This document shows, piece by piece, positions 37,306 to 44,689 of a stretch of 48,233 nt of DNA. The stretch comes from Chloroflexota bacterium (lineage in GTDB: Bacteria; Chloroflexota; Limnocylindria; Limnocylindrales; CSP1-4). Below the pieces are notes generated by a model. The model saw nothing but the letters and a program-made list of their open reading frames with translations. It ran no database searches and was not told where the DNA came from. Numbering within the stretch: the stretch's first letter is position 1; every line of letters starts with the position of its first letter. Position numbers and translations under genes: made by a program. Location of the stretch: contig JARDZW010000003.1 in the NCBI GenBank assembly GCA_029240655.1, forward strand, positions 1 through 48,233, given 5' to 3'.

Positions 37306-38496
37306 ATGGTCACGCCGACGGGATCGGATCACCCTTCGCCTCTCGCGACAACGGGCCCGACACGACCGCGCCGGCCGCGCTGGCTGTGGGCCGCCGGCCT
37401 GGGCGCCGTTCTGATCGTGGCGCTTGTGCCCGCGCTCCCCGCGTCGACTCCGACCGGCCCGGAACGTACCCCGGGGTCGCCTGGTCCTTCGACCCCGAGT
37501 GATCGCCCAACGACTCGGCAGCCTGGCTACCTGACGGATCCTGTCGGGCTCCGCCAGCGGGCCGGGCTCGCGCGCCAGGGGGTCGAACCGTACGCGTCCG
37601 CGATGGCCGATCTGCTTGATTGGGCGGAGCAGGCGGTCGACCGGTCACCAGACCCCGCCGAACGATTACGGATCAAGGGGACGGAAGGTCCATTCGTAGA
37701 GGACACCGCAGCGGCCTACGGGTTGGCACTGGCCTGGGCGGTGACCGGTGACGACACGTACGCGGAAGCCGCCGCGCGCTTCATCATGGCGTGGGTCGAC
37801 ACGACGGTCTCGACGGAGCGAACGTGTCCGGATGACGGCGCGTGCCAGACGTCTCTGATCATCAGCCGGACGGTCCCCGGTTTCGTCTTCGCGGCGGATC
37901 TCCTCGAAGGGTCGGCTTTCCTGACCGCGGACGAAGAAGAGCGCCTTCGTCGCTGGCTGCGCGACCTGATCCTCCCGACTGCCTCGGAGCTGGACAACAA
38001 CTGGGGTGACGCCGGGACGTTCACACGGATCGTGCTGACCGACTACCTGGGCGATCAAGCCGGGTTCGAGGCGGCGATCGGGAAATGGCGCGAGTTGATG
38101 GACCTCGTCGCAGCCGACGGTCACATACCCGAAGAGGTCGCCCGGGGCCGCGCCGGCCTGGGCTACACCCAGGAGGCGCTCGACTACAAGGTCGCAGCCG
38201 CCGCCATCGCCGACCGCCGTGCCGTGGACCTGTGGAGCTACGTCGGGGCCGAGGGCGGCTCTCTAAAACCCGCCATCGACTACCTTGCAAGGTACATGAC
38301 GGACCACACGGACTGGCCCTGGAGCGAACGCGTTCGGCGTCGCGCCCCGAGCGCCTTCTGGGAGATCGCCTACGCCAAGTGGCAGGAGGCCTCGTATGAG
38401 CCCCTGGTCGCGGAGCGCCGGCCGCACGGTCACGTGGGCCATTCCGCCGTCCGCTGGACCACGCTCACGAACGGCGTGCCGTTCGGCGACCCGTGA
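37306..38496 (+). CDS. secreted/anchored alginate lyase family (PF05426-like) protein
   Basis: N-terminal hydrophobic segment, Pro/Thr linker, D..AAY.LALAW..TGD..YA..A..FI.AW, F.FAADLL, NNWG, IPEE..RG..GLGY, SL..A.DYL. Confidence 0.8.
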   Translation: MVTPTGSDHPSPLATTGPTRPRRPRWLWAAGLGAVLIVALVPALPASTPTGPERTPGSPGPSTPSDRPTTRQPGYLTDPVGLRQRAGLARQGVEPYASAMADLLDWAEQAVDRSPDPAERLRIKGTEGPFVEDTAAAYGLALAWAVTGDDTYAEAAARFIMAWVDTTVSTERTCPDDGACQTSLIISRTVPGFVFAADLLEGSAFLTADEEERLRRWLRDLILPTASELDNNWGDAGTFTRIVLTDYLGDQAGFEAAIGKWRELMDLVAADGHIPEEVARGRAGLGYTQEALDYKVAAAAIADRRAVDLWSYVGAEGGSLKPAIDYLARYMTDHTDWPWSERVRRRAPSAFWEIAYAKWQEASYEPLVAERRPHGHVGHSAVRWTTLTNGVPFGDP

Positions 38497-38498
38497 GG

Positions 38499-38768
38499 TC
38501 AGACGTGCGCGATGCGATACCAGCTGACGACGACGGCCACCATCGTCATCCCGATGACGAAGATGCCTTCCAGCGCCTCGTCGGGTCCATCTGGGAGCAG
38601 GTCGACCTGGACGACGAGGGCCGCGAACGCGGCGACCAGACCGGCGGCGATGCCCAGGCCGACCTGGAGCCGATTGACCTGCCCCTTCCGCGACATGATC
38701 GCGCGGGCTCCGACGGTAGCGCCGACCGCGGCCAAGCCGACGATCATGAGCACGACGACGTACTGCAC
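38499..38768 (-). CDS. small 3-TM membrane protein
   Basis: 89-aa hydrophobic ORF with strong GC3 bias; GTG start 6 nt after TACCAT (leaderless layout). Confidence 0.7.
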   Translation of the reverse strand: MQYVVVLMIVGLAAVGATVGARAIMSRKGQVNRLQVGLGIAAGLVAAFAALVVQVDLLPDGPDEALEGIFVIGMTMVAVVVSWYRIAHV

Positions 38769-38776
38769 AGATGCAT

Positions 38777-38792
38777 GGTACGACTTCGTACC
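38777..38792. promoter_or_regulatory. palindromic putative operator GGTACGA-CT-TCGTACC
   Basis: Perfect 7-2-7 inverted repeat between divergent genes, overlapping the TACCAT -10 of the 38768 gene. Confidence 0.5.
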
Positions 38793-38887
38793 GCACGGAA
38801 CGATGCCGCCCCCTTCGCCGTGGCCTCGACCTTCACGTATCGCTCCGGCGCGCCTCCACACTGCCCTCCGGGCATCGAAGTGCGTTG

Positions 38888-40852
38888 ATGCGCGGCGGTC
38901 GTTGGCTCGCGGCGATCGGTGTCGGGCTCGTCGGGGTGACCCTGATCGCGATGTTCATCTTGACGCCGGATGGTCCGCGCCGGCCCCAAACGTCATTCGC
39001 CTTGCCCACGGTGTCACCGATCGCGGGTGCAAGCCGAGGCCCGCTCGCACCGCTCGAGGAGTCGGTCACCGTCGTCGACGGGCTGTACGACGATGGCTTG
39101 GACCGAGCCGTGAGAGCGCCGACCCGGCACAAGAACCAGAGCAAGCTCTTCTTCGCCCATGGGAGCTGGTGGGGTGTGCTGCACGAGCCGACCTCGCGAG
39201 AGGCTCGCATCCACCGGCTGGACTGGACGACGCAGCGATGGCATGACACCGGAGTCATCGTGGACGAGCGGCCGTATGCCCGAGCCGATGTCCTCTTTGC
39301 CGACGACACGCTGTACGTCGCCAGCGGGGGATCGAGCGAGTCGCCGGCACACGCGGTCCGGGTCCTGGTATTCACCTTCGATCCCGCGACGAGCCGCTGG
39401 TCCCCGGCACCGGATTTCCCGGTGGTCGTGAGTGAAGCCGGCGTGGAGTCACCATTGATCGAGCGGTCTCCAAGCGGCGTCCTCTGGGTGTCGTACATCG
39501 CCGCCGGACGTCTCCAGGTCGCGCATTCCCTGGACGATACCCACCGCTGGACGCCGCCCTTCCTCCCGAACGTGGCGAACACCTCCGTCCAGACCGATCA
39601 GGTCGGAATGACGGCCGTCGGGGACGAACTCCTTCTCCTGTGGAGCAACCAGAGGGACGAGTCGATCTACGCCACGAGCCACTTCGATGGCGATTCCGAC
39701 GACGCCTGGAGCGAGGTGATCACGGTCGTCGGCGGGTTCCTTGCCGCGGACAATCACCTCAACGTTCGGGCGTTGCCCGACGGTCGAGTCTTCGCGGTGA
39801 CCAAGACCTCCCTTGACACGCTCCCCACTCGTCAGCCCGGCTGGGACCAGGTGCTCCTGCTCGATCGCGCCGACGGGCAGTGGTCCCGTCAGCAGTTTGG
39901 CCAGATCCGCGACAAGCACACGCGCCCGATCGTCGTTCTAGATGCCGAGCATGGGGAAGCGCTCGTATTCGCGACTGCGCCCACGTCAGGTGGCGCCATC
40001 TACCTCAAGCACACGGGGTTCGATGACATCCGCTTCCCGGTCGGGCAAGGCGAGGTCGCGATCCAGGTGGACGGGCTCACCGAGATCAATGACGCGACAT
40101 CCACCAAGCAGCCGGTCGGGTCCTCGACCGGCCTGCTGGTCCTGGCATCCGACGATCCGACAGGCCGCTATGTGCACCTCGCAGCCTCACTCGGCGGGGT
40201 GCCTCCCGGACGGTCGCCGGGATCACCGCCGGATGGACCCGAGCCGGCGCCCGCCCAGCCGACCGACCTCCTCGTCGAGACCTACGACGCGTTCAAGGTC
40301 GATGATCCGGTCCAGCCCCTGTGGGACGCTCCGGCCTCACGGGCGAACGGAACGATCGCATACGTGCGGCGGGCGGATCAGGACATCGCGATCCGCCTCA
40401 GGACGGACGGGAAGGGCGAGTTACGACCGTGCCGCAAGATCGGCGCGACGGGCACGGGCACCGTCACGATCGCCGCGGACGTCCGCCTCGACGGTCAGGG
40501 CCCAGCGGACACCACGCTTCTCTTTGCGCGCGGTGAGGGGGCGGAGCTCGGTGGCATCCGGGCAGACCAGGAGCGGCGGGTCCGCGTGTCGAGCGGTGAC
40601 GGCCGCGAGACCACGAACGTTCGGCTCCAACGAGGTGCGTTCTACCGCGCGGAGCTGTCGCTCGACATCGATGCCCGGACCATCGACATCCAGTTGGCCG
40701 ACGCCGATGGCCGCGTCCTCGTCGAGCGCATCGGCCTCCCGTGGCGTGCCCCGGGCTCGATGGTGGTGGACGCTGTGTGCGTGGCCGCTCCGGGCGGCCG
40801 GGCAGGCCTCGGGATGACGTTCGACGACGTGCGGGTCAGGCGCTTGCCCTAG
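38888..40852 (+). CDS. membrane-anchored/secreted protein: uncharacterised propeller-like domain plus C-terminal beta-sandwich
   Basis: N-terminal TM; KNQSKLFF..GSWW, ADNHLN, VFAVTKTS, HTRPIV, INDATSTKQ shared with the 44690-47185 protein; Pro linker; lectin/ConA-like beta C-terminus (inferred). Confidence 0.75.
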   Translation: MRGGRWLAAIGVGLVGVTLIAMFILTPDGPRRPQTSFALPTVSPIAGASRGPLAPLEESVTVVDGLYDDGLDRAVRAPTRHKNQSKLFFAHGSWWGVLHEPTSREARIHRLDWTTQRWHDTGVIVDERPYARADVLFADDTLYVASGGSSESPAHAVRVLVFTFDPATSRWSPAPDFPVVVSEAGVESPLIERSPSGVLWVSYIAAGRLQVAHSLDDTHRWTPPFLPNVANTSVQTDQVGMTAVGDELLLLWSNQRDESIYATSHFDGDSDDAWSEVITVVGGFLAADNHLNVRALPDGRVFAVTKTSLDTLPTRQPGWDQVLLLDRADGQWSRQQFGQIRDKHTRPIVVLDAEHGEALVFATAPTSGGAIYLKHTGFDDIRFPVGQGEVAIQVDGLTEINDATSTKQPVGSSTGLLVLASDDPTGRYVHLAASLGGVPPGRSPGSPPDGPEPAPAQPTDLLVETYDAFKVDDPVQPLWDAPASRANGTIAYVRRADQDIAIRLRTDGKGELRPCRKIGATGTGTVTIAADVRLDGQGPADTTLLFARGEGAELGGIRADQERRVRVSSGDGRETTNVRLQRGAFYRAELSLDIDARTIDIQLADADGRVLVERIGLPWRAPGSMVVDAVCVAAPGGRAGLGMTFDDVRVRRLP

Positions 40853-40869
40853 GGATCAGACGCGGCCGC

Positions 40870-42033
40870 TCACGGCCCTTCGATGAACGAGGCATGGTCG
40901 AACAGGACGCTGCCGGTGTATGCGCCTGGCAGTTCGATGAGGAGCGTCGACGACGGGTCATCGATCAGGGCTGTGAATCGCATCGTCGCGACGGTCGGTG
41001 TCGGACCGATCTCGACGGTAGCGGTCCCGTGGGTCTCCTGATGCGTTCCCACCACGCGCAGCCGGATGGACCGCGCAGTCGATGCGACGGCGACGACTTG
41101 GACCGTGTATCCCTCGCCGGCCGTGATATCGATCGGGCCCTGCCTGAGGACGACCATCGATCCGGCGGGATCCGACGCAGTGATCTCCAACCGCAAGGAG
41201 CTTGCCCCCGAACCGGACAACGGTGCGTCGGTGGCCGCCGAGACCAGGACGCCCGGCGTCGCGGTGATCTCCCAGTGGTTCACGCCTTCTTCGAAGCCGC
41301 CGTCCCGGAGGCGCTCCGTGACGTCCGCGCGTGGCGAGCCCAGGCCCGGCGAGATCGACGGCCCGGCGGACCCGCCCGACGGCGCACCGGACGGACCGGG
41401 GCCGCTGGACGCTGAGGCTCCCGGTGGTGGGCTCTGGGACGGGGGAGCCGAAGCCGACGGTCCGGCCAGGATGGACAACAGCCTCTCACCGATGCCCGGT
41501 AGATCGACGAACAGGTCGATGATCTCTTCGGCTGCTTCGCGGTACGGCACGTCACTCGTGATCGACGTGTCCAGGGCGCGGTCGACGGCCGTCGCTGACT
41601 CCGCGTAGATGATCTCGAGCTGCGCGCCGACCGTCCGGAAGGCCGGGTCCATGCTCAACGCACTCGCGCGGTCGATGGCCGGTTTCGCCTGGGTGCTGAT
41701 GCGACGCAGGACTGAGGCGATCTCCGAGCCGCGCAGATTGGATCCGGCCAGGATCTCCTGCAGCTTCCGCCGTTCCTCGATCAACCGGTCGTTGATCTCC
41801 AGGATCGCAAGAACGTCAGCACGGCGCGGATCCGGAGTCGGCTCGGCCACGTCCGGAGAGATGCTCGGTCCGACGCGCGGCGTCCCGTCCGGCACGACCC
41901 CGGGATTGCCCGCGCCGGTGGGCAGGCCGAAGACAGCCACAGAGCCGTACAGCAACATCGCGATCAGGACCGCGACGAGTTCGGGCCCGGGCACGCGGGC
42001 GCCGATCCCCGTTCCAGCAGGTCGGCTCGTCAT
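40870..42033 (-). CDS. membrane-anchored protein with helical domain and C-terminal CBM4/9-like domain
   Basis: TM segment, helical acidic domain, Pro/Ser/Gly linker, LRDGGFEEG...W...L.Q.....AG.GYTV...VLFD pattern; ATGA overlap with the upstream gene. Confidence 0.72.
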   Translation of the reverse strand: MTSRPAGTGIGARVPGPELVAVLIAMLLYGSVAVFGLPTGAGNPGVVPDGTPRVGPSISPDVAEPTPDPRRADVLAILEINDRLIEERRKLQEILAGSNLRGSEIASVLRRISTQAKPAIDRASALSMDPAFRTVGAQLEIIYAESATAVDRALDTSITSDVPYREAAEEIIDLFVDLPGIGERLLSILAGPSASAPPSQSPPPGASASSGPGPSGAPSGGSAGPSISPGLGSPRADVTERLRDGGFEEGVNHWEITATPGVLVSAATDAPLSGSGASSLRLEITASDPAGSMVVLRQGPIDITAGEGYTVQVVAVASTARSIRLRVVGTHQETHGTATVEIGPTPTVATMRFTALIDDPSSTLLIELPGAYTGSVLFDHASFIEGP

Positions 42034-42800
42034 CGAGCGACACGCTCCGTGTCTGGGCCGCCCACCGCCAGGGCGTCCTCGAGCTGACGGCCGGAGGCGC
42101 CGGCGAGACTTCCGATCGCGAAGGACAGACCGCCTTCCGAGTCGCTTACCACCAGGCGATCCTGGATCACCGTCGCGGTCACGCGTTCGAGCGAGCACTC
42201 GACGGCGACGACCGAAGGATCGCTATCCAAGGGGCCCATCAGTCGAAGGATCGCGCCGTGGCGAACGATGGCGTAGCGCGATCCCAGGACCAGCCTCGCC
42301 GTCCCGCCGAAGTACACCCCGGTGGCCAGGATCTCCGGAGGTTCGATCGGCGCCGAGGAATCGGGTGCCGTGGCAGGGAACCGCGACACGGGCGGGGTGG
42401 TAGCCAGCCGATCGGCCAGAGTGACCGGCGGGTCAGGCCGCACCAGCCGCGGCCGGGGCGGCGCGCGATCTACCGATCGCGGCTCCAGGGGGGTCATCAG
42501 TTCCGCCGAGGGCGGTTCAATGGCCTCCGCCGGTGTGGCGTCGGTGGATCCCCGTCGTCCGAACTCCAGGCCGCACGTCCCGCACCGCGACGGCCACCCT
42601 CGGACCGCCGTGTCGCAGGCGAGGCACCGTCCAGGGGGTGCCAGCGCCAGAAGCAGCAAAGCGATCGGGCCCAGCAGGCTCCCAAGGACGAGCCACGTCA
42701 AGGGCTGGCGACTGCGGCGCGTCGCATACCAGCCCGCCAACGGGCCGAAGACGGCGGCCGAGACGATCAGGAGACTGCTGATTCCAAGGAGGTCGTTCAA
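42030..42800 (-). CDS. membrane protein with zinc ribbon (CxxC..CxxC)
   Basis: Two TM segments (FGPLAGWYA..R.R..LTWLVLG.LLGPIALL), CLAC...CGTC, Pro-rich linker, small beta domain. Start uncertain (TTG 42800 chosen). Confidence 0.65.
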   Translation of the reverse strand: MNDLLGISSLLIVSAAVFGPLAGWYATRRSRQPLTWLVLGSLLGPIALLLLALAPPGRCLACDTAVRGWPSRCGTCGLEFGRRGSTDATPAEAIEPPSAELMTPLEPRSVDRAPPRPRLVRPDPPVTLADRLATTPPVSRFPATAPDSSAPIEPPEILATGVYFGGTARLVLGSRYAIVRHGAILRLMGPLDSDPSVVAVECSLERVTATVIQDRLVVSDSEGGLSFAIGSLAGASGRQLEDALAVGGPDTERVAR

Positions 42801-42984
42801 TCGTGTACCGGGGTTACGGGGCTTCGGGAATCGGTGGACGAGTGTACCGCGAGACCGACGTAAGCCCGGCGCGGGGTAGGCCGGTACTTTCATACGGTGC
42901 GCATGGGCACCGGAAAACACTTGTCGGGGCATCCGCGCGCCCGATCCGTGCCTGACGGGCGGGCCTTACAGACGCATAACTGGC

Positions 42985-43013
42985 TTGTAACGGGGACCGC
43001 CCCACCCTAGACT
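42985..43013 (+). promoter_or_regulatory. sigma70-type promoter for the priming glycosyltransferase
   Basis: TTGTAA (42985-42990), 17 nt spacer, TAGACT (43008-43013). Confidence 0.6.
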
Positions 43014-43138
43014 TTAGTCCTGATCCTCGGCCACGGGGACCGGTACGAATCTCCGGTAAGCGATCTCCAGAATCGCCCCGATTCTCCGATTCGGCCAGGC
43101 CTTGGCGATGCGATCAAGCAGATGATTGGGGGAGCCGC

Positions 43139-44542
43139 GTGATTCGCCGATATGTGACGGTGCTTCGCCTTGCCTTGATGGCGGCGGACGCTGCATCGTC
43201 GCTGGTCTTATTTGCCGCGATCTCGACGATCGTTCTTGGCCCTGATTGGCGCGCGGGCTGGGAGCAGAGCACGCAGACCGACGGCATCATCCCGGCCCTC
43301 GCGTATGCGTTGGCCTGGATCAGCGCATCTTGGCTCGTCGGGCTGTATCGCCCTCGTGCGCTCTGGACCATGCTCGGCGACCTGCGCGAGATCGTTCGGC
43401 TGGGAGCCACGGTCGCGTCCGCGACGATCATCGTCATCTTTGCCTTGAACCTCGACGAGGTCAGCCGGCCGCTGATGGTGTCGCTGTTCGTAGCGCAGAT
43501 GGCTGTCACGTTCGTCTCGCGCGTGCTGATCCGGAAGACCTTCGGCTGGCTCCGCATCCGCGGCTACAACACCCGACAGCTGCTCATCCTCGGGACCGGT
43601 GACGCCGCCCAGAACTTCGCCAAGCTCGTCGAGCGCCACCCGGATCTGGGACTCGACATCATCGGCTTCCTGCGGCCGCATGAGCGCGGACCCGTCAGCG
43701 TGGATGGCCCGATCCTTGGGAACCTCGATGATCTGGAGCGGTTGTTCCGCGAAGAGGTCATCGATGAGGTCGCGATCTGCCTCCCGGTCAACGATTGGGA
43801 GTTCATCGATCCAGTGACGGTGCTCTGCCGTGAGGAGGGCAAACCGGTACGGATCCCGTTGGCCGACATCGGGCTGGCCTGGTTCTCCGGCCGGGTGGAA
43901 GACCTCGACGGGATCCCGGTGCTGTCACATATCCACGTCCCAGACCAGGCCCTTGCCATGTTCGCCAAGCGGCTGGTCGACATCGCGCTCTCCACGCTGG
44001 GCCTCATCGTTCTCAGCCCGCTGTTCCTCACCGTCGCAGCCGCGATGATCCTCACGGAGGGCCGGCCGGTCTTCTTCCGACAGGTTCGAGTGGGCCTCCA
44101 CGGACGGAAGTTCACCATGGTCAAGTTCCGCACGATGGTTGCCGACGCGGAGGAGCGCTACGCCGAGGTCGCGGCGATGTCGGACACGCAGGGTGCCGCG
44201 TTCAAGATGACCAACGACCCGCGGATCACGCGCATCGGCGCCTTCCTGCGCAAGACGAGTATCGATGAGCTGCCACAGCTCTGGAACGTCCTGCGCGGCG
44301 AGATGAGCATCGTCGGACCCCGCCCGGCGCCGCCCCGCGAGGTCGCCGAGTACGACCTCTGGCATCGGCGTCGTCTCTCGGTGAAACCGGGGATCACCGG
44401 TCTCTGGCAGGTCGAGGCTCGCATGGACGAGAGCTTCGACCGACGTGCCAGCCTGGATCTCAGCTACATCGACGGCTGGTCGATGTGGCTTGACCTCAAG
44501 ATCATCGTCCGGACCCTCCCGGCGATGCTCCAGGGTCGCTGA
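43139..44542 (+). CDS. priming polyprenyl-phosphate glycosyl-1-phosphotransferase (WcaJ/CpsE family)
   Basis: 4 N-terminal TM segments, CoA-binding-like domain, KRLVD, FF.Q.RVG..G..F...[48 protein letters not shown]. Confidence 0.96.
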   Translation: MIRRYVTVLRLALMAADAASSLVLFAAISTIVLGPDWRAGWEQSTQTDGIIPALAYALAWISASWLVGLYRPRALWTMLGDLREIVRLGATVASATIIVIFALNLDEVSRPLMVSLFVAQMAVTFVSRVLIRKTFGWLRIRGYNTRQLLILGTGDAAQNFAKLVERHPDLGLDIIGFLRPHERGPVSVDGPILGNLDDLERLFREEVIDEVAICLPVNDWEFIDPVTVLCREEGKPVRIPLADIGLAWFSGRVEDLDGIPVLSHIHVPDQALAMFAKRLVDIALSTLGLIVLSPLFLTVAAAMILTEGRPVFFRQVRVGLHGRKFTMVKFRTMVADAEERYAEVAAMSDTQGAAFKMTNDPRITRIGAFLRKTSIDELPQLWNVLRGEMSIVGPRPAPPREVAEYDLWHRRRLSVKPGITGLWQVEARMDESFDRRASLDLSYIDGWSMWLDLKIIVRTLPAMLQGR

Positions 44543-44689
44543 CCGGACGACGGCGACACCCACTCGCGCGCCGCCACGGTCGACGGATCGAGCCAGGTAC
44601 CCTGATCATCGAGCGCTGCACCGACGCCAGGGGTCGAGCCGTCTTCGGCGATGGCCCGCTCGAGCCTGGTGTCGCCCGGCTGGCGACCG

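Noticed and set aside
44543-44689. Inverted repeat GGCGACACC/GGTGTCGCC and TCGAGC repeats between convergent genes
   Set aside because: Short and GC-rich, with no target-site duplication or second copy to support a MITE or REP element.
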